Assembly (NCBI GenBank): GCA_016282915.1 | Contig: JAEELW010000148.1 | Coordinates: 61-64,060, forward strand | DNA: 64,000 nucleotides | Direction of reading: 5' to 3' | Origin: Lachnospiraceae bacterium | GTDB taxonomy: Bacteria; Bacillota; Clostridia; Lachnospirales; Lachnospiraceae | Shown: positions 28,801 through 37,381 of the stretch, one piece after another | How the letters are laid out: each line of letters starts with the position of its first letter | Numbering within the stretch: position 1 is the stretch's first letter | The notes under the pieces: model-generated | Told to the model about the DNA's origin: nothing | What the model saw: the letters and a program-made list of their open reading frames with translations, nothing else | The model's database searches: none | Position numbers and translations under genes: made by a program

Positions 28801-28947
28801 ATGCTGGAGCAGTGTGAGACAGACCGGATCTGTCTGCGTATCCCGGCATTGTTTGCCATACGATACCGCAAGCGCAGTATTGTGATACAGACAAGGATCA
28901 GGATACAGGAGAAACAGATCGCCCGGGAGATCCACGTGGAGATCTGA
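25813..28947 (+). CDS. Large type-I membrane-anchored surface protein with Listeria/Bacteroides-type (Flg_new-like) repeats
   Basis: GGAGGGAG RBS and GTG start. Signal peptide, Cys-rich N-terminal region, 7 repeats with G(Y/F)xFxGYY..YDxxGxP plus DxDGDGxPD, an acidic Gly/Asp/Glu linker, one TM helix, and an 82-aa basic C-terminal tail. Confidence 0.85.
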   Translation: MSRKKTVKKCMWWLLIFVLIAEAIPIPADAGLLVQSDEKLTQDLYHEHGGSDSACYGRVFKECGGFFFQIAEGSEFYCCSKCRLYMRGKPENMIHSGEYTEGLVCDEDLIGSFYIERSERADGVFLMAGIEGGSGLISEYEISWNEEGAYTDGLTSVMPVTVPGTYHAHLRYHDGKAGAWREASLDYTDLSVPCKVSFYSEGNLLGEVEMPYGSSFAAIELPERYGYDFGGFYAGAGRYYDEAGQPAELGVQPLETAFLELTADWSAKRFPFRYGPDADGDGLGDGEAVLIYDQAPPAIALPEAEERPGFELDGYYIGEKKLYDAQGAALGVWTEVPAELPLRLEERWKERFYTLHYDLDHDGVKEASAILRYGESLPQLQRPGDIPGMVFDGYFYDERKIFDADGRPAAALPELFELGSISLKDEWHIKHFVISYGPDEDGDGEPDFSIELDYGETPPAVEMPVPAPRKGYEFDGYAVDGEKIYDRDGRPAGAWRPDMEEGSYELEPLWKAKEYRLYYGPDSDGDGIPDLILILRYDSVPPAISLPEPQARPGYVFDGYYVGDRQLFGPDGQPTGPWNADPEGDGKLILKERFRQVSITIFFGPDLNGDGRPDQYRTIRYGDPMPLLDLGEVKERKGYRFLGYYVGETMLYDAMGVPATENCTFTTQAGSYILSAKWEAKSYALRYGTDEDGDGVPDRELQVTYGQPYQAVEVPKLEEGHIFDGYYLDGEMVYDPEGKPKELWIWDSETDVLELKSHMLPPNKPEDDKEKGKGDNGGRGANNGSDSGSDDQDGAGEAQGDEGEAGTENGDGADDGSDPGSSVSGNSVSENTPEDRRKKGNGGGKKVLDTAGTEEGGLTEEADPGNDELTDRPVIGEEDIQEEEEQSEAPSAEAGEKKEEPESGDEDLLPALSEAEEKPNEKRDSGAMPIIKKAAAVGAVTVGSLGGILGIYAGLVYLLAMAEVETICPDGRKKRLGRLAIHSEKGKAFLIRLPREMLEQCETDRICLRIPALFAIRYRKRSIVIQTRIRIQEKQIAREIHVEI
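26476..28080 (+). repeat. Seven divergent tandem coding repeats (~83 aa, ~250 bp)
   Basis: Anchors are GYDFGGFY, GFELDGYY, GMVFDGYF, GYEFDGYA, GYVFDGYY, GYRFLGYY and GHIFDGYY. Each is followed by YD/FGxDGxP, and most are preceded by YGPDxDGDGxPD. Confidence 0.75.
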
Positions 28948-29108
28948 AAGGAAAGCAGAACACAGTACAGGAGCACGGCCGGCCTGTGAAGCCGGACGGC
29001 TCCCGGAAAAAGGGGCTGTCGCAGCGGCCGATCGGATCAGATCGGTCATTGCGGCAGTCCTTTCCTTATAACTTGCAAGAAGCGGGAAAAAAGGGTATTA
29101 TAAAGCTT

Positions 29109-30662
29109 ATGATCAATATATTTGAAGAGATGGAAAAAAGGCAGATCCGGATAAGGACCAATGTCTGGCATACTGCGTCGCGGGACACCACGGCAGTGTC
29201 GGAGTATATCCTTGCGCGCCTGATGCTTGTCTGCGATGAAGTGAAGAGCGCGGACGTGGAGGCTCTGGGATATCTGGAGATGCTTTATTTCCGTGTCATG
29301 GATGATAAGCATATCCTTCCGGAGCTGCGTTCGCTGCTTTCGATCCTGGAAAAGCTGGAAGAGGATCTGGATTATTCCACCGAGATCTTTGGGGAAAGGG
29401 CTGCCTATATCCTGGATTTCCTGGAGGCGGATACCCTGCGTCATGCGACCGATAAGAGCAGCAACGATAAAGAACGGCGCGTTCTGGGCAGGATCCTCCG
29501 CATGCGCCTGAAGTATCTCCAGGAGAATGGGCGGGAGGAACGGAGGGAACTGTTCCGTCCGATGGATATCAAGGCCTATCTGGACCAGTTCATCATCGGG
29601 CAGGAGGATGCCAAGCTTGCGGTGAGCACCGCCGTCTACGGCCACGGGAAACGCGTCCGGCATCCGGATCTGCGTTTTGCACCGGACGTGGTACTTCTGA
29701 TCGGGCCTTCCGGCTGCGGCAAGACCGAGATCATGCGCCGCATCCGGGAGATCACGGACTATCCCATGGTCTTTACCGACGTGTCTTCCTTGGGGGCGAG
29801 CCAGTATAGGGGGCGTCATAAGGAAGATATCCTGATCGAGCTGTATGAGGCTGCCGGCAGGAAAAAGAACCTTGCGGAGAAAGGCATCGTTTTCATGGAC
29901 GAGTTTGATAAACTCCTTCTGCCTGCGATCTCGGAACGCGGGGTCAATATCCATGACGATGTGCAGTCGCAGCTGCTCACGATGCTGGAAGGCAGCGAGG
30001 TAGAACTCAAGACCGACGGACAGACGCTGCTTCTGGATACCTCCCATATCCTCTTTGTACTGGCGGGGGCGTTCCAGGGGATCGATGAGTGCATACGCAG
30101 TGATAAAAAGGAAAAGAGTACCCTGCCGGCAGGTATGGGTTTTCAGTCGGTGCTGGATAAGGAGATGAACCTGGAGTATATCCGGGACAACATCAACCAT
30201 GAAGTTCTGATGAAATACGGGATGAAACGGGAGCTGGCGGGGCGCATCAGCAGCATCGCCGTGCTGGAGAAACTGGACCGGGAAGCGATGCTCCGTATCC
30301 TTACGGAGCCGAAGGACAGCCTGATCCGCCGTTATGAGAACGAACTGAAGCTTTCCGGAAGTGCGGAACTGATCTTTACCGATGGGGCACTCCGGGCGAT
30401 CGCGGATGAGGCGTTAAAGACGCCTGTAGGTGCAAGAGCGCTCCAGACGATCCTGGGGCGGGTACTGCGGGGCGTTCTTTTCCGGGCGCCGGAGGAAAAA
30501 GGGCTGCGGCGCGTTGTAATCAACGAAGATGTGGTGAAGGAAGGAGCCGAGCCGCTTTATGAGACGGATGAGCTGACGCGCTCACTGGGCGAGCTGACAC
30601 GCCTGCCCGAGAGCGGAGCGGGCAGCGATACGGGAAAACAGGCAGATGCGGGACATTTTTAA
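29109..30662 (+). CDS. ClpX-like AAA+ ATPase lacking the zinc-binding domain (paralogue A)
   Basis: GPSGCGKT, IVFMDEFDK, ELAGRIS, GARALQTI, and GMGF at the IGF-loop position. The pore-1 position reads SQYRG. The ~190-aa N-domain is helical and Cys-poor. Start is uncertain (GTG 28986 or ATG 29109). Confidence 0.8.
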   Translation: MINIFEEMEKRQIRIRTNVWHTASRDTTAVSEYILARLMLVCDEVKSADVEALGYLEMLYFRVMDDKHILPELRSLLSILEKLEEDLDYSTEIFGERAAYILDFLEADTLRHATDKSSNDKERRVLGRILRMRLKYLQENGREERRELFRPMDIKAYLDQFIIGQEDAKLAVSTAVYGHGKRVRHPDLRFAPDVVLLIGPSGCGKTEIMRRIREITDYPMVFTDVSSLGASQYRGRHKEDILIELYEAAGRKKNLAEKGIVFMDEFDKLLLPAISERGVNIHDDVQSQLLTMLEGSEVELKTDGQTLLLDTSHILFVLAGAFQGIDECIRSDKKEKSTLPAGMGFQSVLDKEMNLEYIRDNINHEVLMKYGMKRELAGRISSIAVLEKLDREAMLRILTEPKDSLIRRYENELKLSGSAELIFTDGALRAIADEALKTPVGARALQTILGRVLRGVLFRAPEEKGLRRVVINEDVVKEGAEPLYETDELTRSLGELTRLPESGAGSDTGKQADAGHF

Positions 30663-32199
30663 CTGTAAAAACGATGCGGAGTTTTCGATCCGTATCGAAG
30701 AGAGGATGGGAGCCTATCTGGCCGGGGACGGATATTTTTCCGCTCCGGACCGGGTTTATGATTATCTGCGCATTCTGCTTCATTATATCTTTCTGGTGCG
30801 TCCGAAGAGCGAGCATACGATCGACAGTGTGCTAAAACTCCTTGGAGCCAGTTATAAGGAAAAAGGCTACCGGACGCCGTTCTGGGCCATTATCCGGGAG
30901 GCTTCCCTGCAATATCCGACGGATGAGCTCTTTTACCGGGCGCGCAGTGTCGAACAGGAGATCACGAACGAGGATATCGACGAGATCTTCGACTTTCTGG
31001 AGTCGGAACTGCTGCTGGAAGGCGGTACGGAGCAGACGGAAGAGGAACTGGGGCTGCTGGCGGTGTGCCGCGTACGTTACCAGCAGAGCCGTGTGCGGGA
31101 TATACGCATGAGGGGCGGCGGAAAGAAAAGAGATGAGGAAAGAGAGCCGGCCTTTTTCCCGGCCTGCCGCAGTTTTGTTGAGCAGTATACGCCGCGGCGC
31201 ATCCGCGAATACCTGGACCGTTTCGTGCTGGGCCAGGACGAGAGTAAGGATGTGCTGAGTGCTGCGGTGTATAATCATTTCCTGCGCATCCTGCATCCGG
31301 AGGAGAAGCTGATCAAGACCAATGTGCTGATGGTCGGACCGACGGGCTGCGGGAAAACGGAGCTGATCCGCCGCATCGCCGATCTGGTGCCGGTGCCAGT
31401 GGTGATCAGTGATTTTTCCGGGATCGTAGCCACGCCCTGGAAGGGGAGAAATAAGGAAGAATCCCTTCTGAACCTTTATCTGAAGGCCGGGAAGGATGTG
31501 GAGCTGACCGAGTGCGGGATCGTATTCTGTGATGAATTTGACAAGATCATCCCGTCCAAAGCCTATTCGCGCGGAGGAGACATCAATCAGGAACTGCAGG
31601 GGCAGCTGCTGGGAATGTTTGAGGGGACCGATATCGATGTGCCTATGCCGGATAAGAGCGGCGGGCATGAGAGCATACTCATGAACACCTCCAATATCCT
31701 TTTCATCTGTGCGGGTGCCTTTGAGGGGCTGGAACGTATCGTGAAAAAAGACTATGTCCGCGGAGGTATCGGCTTCAGCAGCCAGACGGCCGAAGGAAAG
31801 GATTTTGAGCTCACCGGTGATAAACTGAAGACCGAGCATCTCATGGAATACGGGATGAAACCGGAACTGGCGGGGAGGCTTTCGGCTGTGACGGTGCTGA
31901 AGAAGCTGGACCGCGATATGCTGAAGCGTGTGCTCACCGAACCGGAGGAATCGATACTATCGCGCTATGAGCTGGAGCTGCGTGTGGATGAGGGCGCGCG
32001 GCTGAATGTGACGGATGAGGCACTGGATGTGATCATCGACCGTGTGATGGAGATGAGCATCGGTGCAAGAGGGCTGAATGCCATTGTGCATGAGATCCTG
32101 GCGCAGACGCTTTATGAACTGCCGTCCATGAACGGCGTTCAGGAAGTGATGATCACCGGAGCAGCCGCGAGGATGGAAGAAAAACCGGTATACATATAG
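30646..32199 (+). CDS. ClpX-like AAA+ ATPase lacking the zinc-binding domain (paralogue B)
   Basis: GPTGCGKT, IVFCDEFDK, ELAGRLS, GARGLNAI, GIGF loop. The pore-1 position reads TPWKG. The N-domain is different again. It overlaps paralogue A by 17 nt. Confidence 0.85.
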   Translation: MRDIFNCKNDAEFSIRIEERMGAYLAGDGYFSAPDRVYDYLRILLHYIFLVRPKSEHTIDSVLKLLGASYKEKGYRTPFWAIIREASLQYPTDELFYRARSVEQEITNEDIDEIFDFLESELLLEGGTEQTEEELGLLAVCRVRYQQSRVRDIRMRGGGKKRDEEREPAFFPACRSFVEQYTPRRIREYLDRFVLGQDESKDVLSAAVYNHFLRILHPEEKLIKTNVLMVGPTGCGKTELIRRIADLVPVPVVISDFSGIVATPWKGRNKEESLLNLYLKAGKDVELTECGIVFCDEFDKIIPSKAYSRGGDINQELQGQLLGMFEGTDIDVPMPDKSGGHESILMNTSNILFICAGAFEGLERIVKKDYVRGGIGFSSQTAEGKDFELTGDKLKTEHLMEYGMKPELAGRLSAVTVLKKLDRDMLKRVLTEPEESILSRYELELRVDEGARLNVTDEALDVIIDRVMEMSIGARGLNAIVHEILAQTLYELPSMNGVQEVMITGAAARMEEKPVYI

Positions 32200-32215
32200 G
32201 CGGGATGCGGATACT

Positions 32216-33727
32216 ATGGCTACGAAGAATAAGAAGAAAAAAAAGAAGAAGAATAAACAGAAGTTTTCGAAGCTTCAGTTTGCGGTGCTGATACGTACCG
32301 TCCTGCCGATGCTCGTGATGGGCGTGGCGATCATCGTGGCCGGTACGATGAGTGCGGCCGCTTCGCTGCAGCAGGAAGTGTACCGTTCCCTCGGAGCCGC
32401 AGGCAGTGCCGTGGCTTCCTCGCTTGATGAGATGTATCCGGGGGATTATCAGCTGATCAAGGGAGACGGCATTGCCTACCTTATCAAAGGCAGGAAAGAA
32501 CTGACCGGTGATTTTTCATTTATTGACAGGATCGCAAAGGACAGCGGGATGGAGGTTTCGCTGATCTACGGGGACGGCCGTTTTGTGACGACGCTGAAGG
32601 ATGAAAACGGGGATCGTTATATCGGGAGCGGCGTGCATCCCAATATCGTGCGGGAGATGTCGGAAAAACAGAAGACTCTGAACTATCGCAGCGAGATCGG
32701 CCGGGGGCAGATCTTTTATGTGGCCTATGTTCCGCTTTATAATTCCGACGGAAGTCAGGTGGGAATGATCGGAACGGCCGTCAGTGAGGCAATGGTGAGG
32801 TCGGAAGTGACGGCAGCAGCCCGCCCGATCTGGATCATCACGATACTCGGTATGCTGGTGGCAAGCTTTATCAGTATACGTTATACCAACAGGATCATAT
32901 CCGCGATCCGGAGCATGCATAAATTTCTTTCCCGTATGGTCATGGGCCGGCTCAATAATGAGATGGATGAAAGTGTGCTGAAACGCCGCGATGAGATCGG
33001 AGCGACCGGCGAAAGCATCGTGCGCATGCAGAATGCGGTGCGCGTGCTGGTGGAATGCGATCCGCTGACCACGCTTTATAACCGCCGCAGCGGCGATGCC
33101 AAACTGAAAGCCCTTCTGCGCAAGGCGGCGCAGACCGGAGCGCCTTTCTGCGTGGCACTCGGAGATATCGATTTCTTTAAAAAAGTCAACGATACCTATG
33201 GACATGATGCCGGCGATGCGGTGCTGAAATTTGTTTCCGCAGCAATGAAGGATCTGGTGAACGGACGCGGCTTTGCCGTGCGCTGGGGCGGTGAGGAATT
33301 CTTCCTTGTGTTTGAAGAGATGGGACTGATCGAGGTGGCTGCGGCGATCGAGAATTTCCTGGAAGCCATACGCGCTTCTGTCGTGCATCATGGAGGGCAG
33401 TCGATACGCTTTACCATGTCGGTCGGTCTGGTGGAAGGTGACCCGACCCGGGATGCGCAGGAGATGACAAAGGAAGCGGATGAAAAGCTTTATTATGCGA
33501 AGGAACATGGCCGTGACCAGCTGGTGGTAACGCCGGGTGAGGAACAGCCTTCCTATCGTGACCTTTTGAAACAGGAGCAGGAAAGCGACAGAAATGAGAC
33601 GCTGATCACGTTCTCGGATGAATTCCTGGATTCGGAAAATCTGATGCAGCTCCTGTCTGAAAATGCATTGAAAGAGATGGAAGAACAGGATGGGAAAGAC
33701 AGAAAAGACGGAGACGAAAACGGCTGA
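32216..33727 (+). CDS. Diguanylate cyclase with extracytoplasmic Cache-like sensor domain
   Basis: Poly-Lys N-terminus, two TM helices flanking a ~150-aa domain, then GGDEF with an intact RWGGEEF motif. Confidence 0.9.
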   Translation: MATKNKKKKKKKNKQKFSKLQFAVLIRTVLPMLVMGVAIIVAGTMSAAASLQQEVYRSLGAAGSAVASSLDEMYPGDYQLIKGDGIAYLIKGRKELTGDFSFIDRIAKDSGMEVSLIYGDGRFVTTLKDENGDRYIGSGVHPNIVREMSEKQKTLNYRSEIGRGQIFYVAYVPLYNSDGSQVGMIGTAVSEAMVRSEVTAAARPIWIITILGMLVASFISIRYTNRIISAIRSMHKFLSRMVMGRLNNEMDESVLKRRDEIGATGESIVRMQNAVRVLVECDPLTTLYNRRSGDAKLKALLRKAAQTGAPFCVALGDIDFFKKVNDTYGHDAGDAVLKFVSAAMKDLVNGRGFAVRWGGEEFFLVFEEMGLIEVAAAIENFLEAIRASVVHHGGQSIRFTMSVGLVEGDPTRDAQEMTKEADEKLYYAKEHGRDQLVVTPGEEQPSYRDLLKQEQESDRNETLITFSDEFLDSENLMQLLSENALKEMEEQDGKDRKDGDENG

Positions 33728-33764
33728 GACGGAGACTGCAGCCGGAGAGAAGAAAGAGAACAAA

Positions 33765-35123
33765 ATGGGCGTGATGCCCATGAACCGCCTGCTGGTGAGC
33801 ATGTCGCTGCCGATGATGATCAGTATGCTGGTCCAGGCGTTCTATAATATCGTAGACAGCATTTTTGTGGCAAGGATCAAGGACGGAGCCGGCGAGGCGG
33901 GGACCTCCGCACTTTCCGCGCTCGGTATGGCCTTTCCTTTTCAGATGCTGATGATCGCTTTTGCATCCGGACTGTGTGTTGGTGTGAATGCGATGCTTTC
34001 CAAGGCACTGGGAGAGAAGGATCATGAAACGGTACAGAAAGCGGCTAATCACGGCGTCTTCCTGACGATCTGCAATTATCTGATCTTTCTGCTGGTGGGG
34101 ATCTTTCTTTCGGGGACGCTCATTGCATCGCAGAAAGGCGAAGGGCTTACGCTGGAATACGGGACGCAGTATCTGACCATCGTATGCTGCGGTTCTTTGG
34201 GAATATACTGCCAGTTTATTTTTGAACGGCTTCTCCAGTCTACGGGAAGAACGATCTATACGATGTTCACCCAGATCACCGGCGCCATCATCAATATCAT
34301 CCTGGATCCGATCCTGATCTTTGGGCTTTTCGGTTTCCCGGAGCTGAAGGTGGCCGGGGCTGCCATTGCGACCATCACCGGCCAGTTCTGTGCGGGGGCA
34401 TTGGCGATCTTCTTTAATCTGAAGCGGAATGAAGATGTACAGATCAATATGAAAGGTTTCCGGCCGGAGCTGCACGTGATAAAGCGTATCTACGCCGTCG
34501 GTTTTCCCTCGGTGATCATGCAGGCCATCGGTTCGGTCATGACTTTCTCGATGAACCGCATCCTCACCGGGCTGAACGAAGCTTCCGTCGCGGTATTTAC
34601 CGTATATTTCAAGCTGCAGAGCATTTTCTTTATGCCGGTATTCGGTCTGAACAACGGGATGATCCCAATCCTGGCTTTCAATTTCGGAGCACGCAAACGG
34701 AAGCGTATGATGAAGGTGATACGGCTCAGCATGGTCTATGCTTTCTTCCTGCTCCTGGTCGGATTTATCCTGTTTGAGACAATACCGGAGCTGCTGCTGA
34801 GGATCTTTGATACGGGCGACGCGAGCCTGATCACCCTCGGGGTGCCGGCGCTGCGGATCATCGCCTTCCATTATCTGCTGGCCTGGTTCTGCATCATCGG
34901 CGGAACGGTGTTCCAGGCGCTGGGCAACGGCCTGTACAGCCTGATCGTATCCGTGGCGCGGCAGCTGGTGGTGCTGATCCCTGTGGCCTATATACTCTCC
35001 GTGATCGGCGGGCTGGATCTGATCTGGTGGTGTTTCCCGATCGCCGAGCTGATGTCGCTTGCGGTTACTTCCTTCTTCCTCATCCGGATCTATCGGAAGG
35101 TGATCGCACCGATCCCGGAATGA
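33765..35123 (+). CDS. MATE family efflux transporter
   Basis: MNRLLVSMSLPMMISMLVQAFYNIVDSIFV start and a 12-TM pattern. I prefer the ATG at 33765 over the track start at 33690. Confidence 0.9.
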   Translation: MGVMPMNRLLVSMSLPMMISMLVQAFYNIVDSIFVARIKDGAGEAGTSALSALGMAFPFQMLMIAFASGLCVGVNAMLSKALGEKDHETVQKAANHGVFLTICNYLIFLLVGIFLSGTLIASQKGEGLTLEYGTQYLTIVCCGSLGIYCQFIFERLLQSTGRTIYTMFTQITGAIINIILDPILIFGLFGFPELKVAGAAIATITGQFCAGALAIFFNLKRNEDVQINMKGFRPELHVIKRIYAVGFPSVIMQAIGSVMTFSMNRILTGLNEASVAVFTVYFKLQSIFFMPVFGLNNGMIPILAFNFGARKRKRMMKVIRLSMVYAFFLLLVGFILFETIPELLLRIFDTGDASLITLGVPALRIIAFHYLLAWFCIIGGTVFQALGNGLYSLIVSVARQLVVLIPVAYILSVIGGLDLIWWCFPIAELMSLAVTSFFLIRIYRKVIAPIPE

Positions 35124-35134
35124 GGCCGGCTCCT

Positions 35135-35161
35135 GCTTCGCGGCCGTAAAAGCCGCGAAGC
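35135..35161 (+). terminator. Perfect 10-bp hairpin after the MATE gene (no U-tract)
   Basis: gcttcgcggc cgtaaaa gccgcgaagc. It could be a terminator or an RNA stability/processing element upstream of the tRNA. Confidence 0.35.
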
Positions 35162-35174
35162 GAAAAATAAATAT

Positions 35175-35253
35175 GCGGTCGTGGCGGAATGGCAGACGCG
35201 CCGGATTTAGGTTCCGGTCCGAAAGGGTGAGGGTTCAAGTCCCTTCGGCCGCA
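35175..35253 (+). tRNA. tRNA-Leu (anticodon UAG)
   Basis: Folded by hand. Acceptor stem GCGGUCG/CGGCCGC, D-arm GCGGAAUGGCAGACGC, anticodon loop UUUAGGU, long variable arm, T-loop UUCAAGU, discriminator A. CCA is not encoded. Confidence 0.9.
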
Positions 35254-35338
35254 GTTTCACATTAACCGGGCTGTAAAGATGCGCAGACAGTTTTTCCGGC
35301 GGTGGTTCTGTATTATATTGATCGTGGGGGAGTAATAA

Positions 35339-37252
35339 ATGAAGAGCAGACCGGCGGGCGTGAAAGGCAGCCCGGAACAGCGGAGCACTTTTTTTATACC
35401 GGAGAGTGATCCGAAGACCTCCGTATCTTTTCGGAAACTTGTTTATGAGGCGTTTCCGGAGATGTGGACATTTCAGATCCTGACCGCCCTGCTCCTGGGG
35501 ACCGTATCATTTATACTGACAGGAGTGATCAACGGAGTGGCGGGAAGCGGAAGCGCGACCCTCACTTCCGCGAACTGGCGTAACTATCTGATCAACTGGC
35601 GGTCTCCCGTACTGCTGCTGCTCGGGATCATACTGATGCTGTGTTATCTTATCATTGAAGTGTTTGCGCAGATCCACCTGACCGGGGACATTCTCTCGGG
35701 CAAACGGGTAAGTACGCTGGAAGAGCTCAGAAAAGGGATCCGTTCCCTGCGGCTCTTCTGGAATCCTGCCGGAATACTCGTTCTGCTTTTTATTTTTTTT
35801 GCTGTTCCGCTGTGCGGGATCGGTTATTCCGTCAGTCTGACGGAATCGTTTTATGTTCCGAATTTCATCATGGATGTGATCCTGCAGAAGATCCTTTTCA
35901 CGGTGCTTTATTATGCGGCGGTGCTCATACTTGCATGGGTCGCTTATCGTTCCGCATTTACCCTGCATGGTGTGCTGCTTGACGGAAAAACGCCGATGGA
36001 GGCACAAAGGGAGTCTTCGAGGATCGTTAAGCAGAACAGGAAGAGTTTTATCCGGGCTATGCTCAAAACCGGGCTGTTCCTGGTCCTGCTTATGATCATA
36101 GTCCAGGTCTTTGTTAACTTTATCCCGGGTGTGTGTCTGGAACTGTGGGGAGAGGAGCTCCCGAAGGGATACCGGATCGATCTTGAAAGGATCGCTGAAG
36201 AACAGCTCACGCAGACAGATATCTCCGTGATCGGCTACCGCATATTCAGCGCAATAACAGTATTGCTTGGCGGATATATCTATTATGTCGCGGTTCTTCT
36301 GGGCGGCTCTTATCTGATGCTGAAGCTGACCCGCTGTTATCTGGAGTATACGGGAAGGGATACGGAGCTGTGGCCGGAACGTCCGAAGAGATCGCTTTAC
36401 CGCTGGAAGGTAATACTCATGAGCGTCGTGAGCATTATCGTCCTGTTCATCGCACTGATCGTAGGTGTTGTTTATGATCAGGTTTTTGACCGGACGGAGC
36501 CGGTACGCGTGATCGCGCACAGAGCGGGAGGAACGCTCGCACCGGAGAATTCGCTGGAAGGACTGGAGGCAGCCATCGACCATGCCTGCTACGGGAGCGA
36601 GATCGATGTACAGCGCACAAAGGACGGCTATTATATCATCAACCACGACAATACGTTCAAACGTGTGGCCGGTGTAAACAAAACACCGGGCGAGATGACC
36701 CTGGCGGAGATCCGGGAATTGAAGATACAGGGAGAAGACGGTACGGTCTCTTCCGTTGTAACCCTGGAAGAAATGCTGGATGTGATCCATGGTAAGGAAA
36801 AACTGTTCGTCGAGCTGAAGGGAGCGGGAGCGGACAGACAGATGGTGGATGACCTGGTCCGGATCATCCGGGAAAAGGACTGCGGGGACGACTGTGTTCT
36901 CATTTCCCTGAACTATGAGCTGATCGATTATGCGGAAACAAACTATCCGGAATTCGAGACCGGAACACTGTTCTTTTTCGGGCTGGGGGATGTTTCAAAA
37001 CTGAACTGTGATATCCTGATCATGGAGGAGGAAGCTGCCTCGGAAAACCGTATCAACGGGATCCATGAGGCGGGCAAAAAGGCGGTTGTCTGGACCGTGA
37101 ATAAGGAAGAGGGGATGCTGCATTTCCTCGACAGCGAGGCGGATGCTGTCATAACGGATGAAGTGATACTTGCAGAGGAAGTTCAGAAGCAGCTGGATGA
37201 GCGGACGGATTACCGGGTTCTCGGGGACCGGCTGGGGGATTTCTGGGATTAG
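35339..37252 (+). CDS. Membrane-bound glycerophosphodiester phosphodiesterase family protein
   Basis: N-terminal ~370-aa multi-TM region. The C-terminal GDPD domain has IAHRAGG..APENS and EIDVQRTKDG. Confidence 0.85.
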   Translation: MKSRPAGVKGSPEQRSTFFIPESDPKTSVSFRKLVYEAFPEMWTFQILTALLLGTVSFILTGVINGVAGSGSATLTSANWRNYLINWRSPVLLLLGIILMLCYLIIEVFAQIHLTGDILSGKRVSTLEELRKGIRSLRLFWNPAGILVLLFIFFAVPLCGIGYSVSLTESFYVPNFIMDVILQKILFTVLYYAAVLILAWVAYRSAFTLHGVLLDGKTPMEAQRESSRIVKQNRKSFIRAMLKTGLFLVLLMIIVQVFVNFIPGVCLELWGEELPKGYRIDLERIAEEQLTQTDISVIGYRIFSAITVLLGGYIYYVAVLLGGSYLMLKLTRCYLEYTGRDTELWPERPKRSLYRWKVILMSVVSIIVLFIALIVGVVYDQVFDRTEPVRVIAHRAGGTLAPENSLEGLEAAIDHACYGSEIDVQRTKDGYYIINHDNTFKRVAGVNKTPGEMTLAEIRELKIQGEDGTVSSVVTLEEMLDVIHGKEKLFVELKGAGADRQMVDDLVRIIREKDCGDDCVLISLNYELIDYAETNYPEFETGTLFFFGLGDVSKLNCDILIMEEEAASENRINGIHEAGKKAVVWTVNKEEGMLHFLDSEADAVITDEVILAEEVQKQLDERTDYRVLGDRLGDFWD

Positions 37253-37381
37253 ATAAAGACATACGACGGAAAACGTGTTATAATACAGATGTATTTTTGT
37301 TTTTCACTGCATTCCGGGGGAATTGCAAGACAGGCTGATCAGTATTCGCGCAGTGAAAAGGCACGAAAAAAGGAGGTCAAC

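Noticed and set aside
35175-35253. tRNA-Leu as an integration hotspot marking a genomic island boundary.
   Set aside because: There is no integrase, no direct repeat of the tRNA 3' end and no compositional change on either side. The flanking genes look like ordinary core or accessory chromosomal genes.
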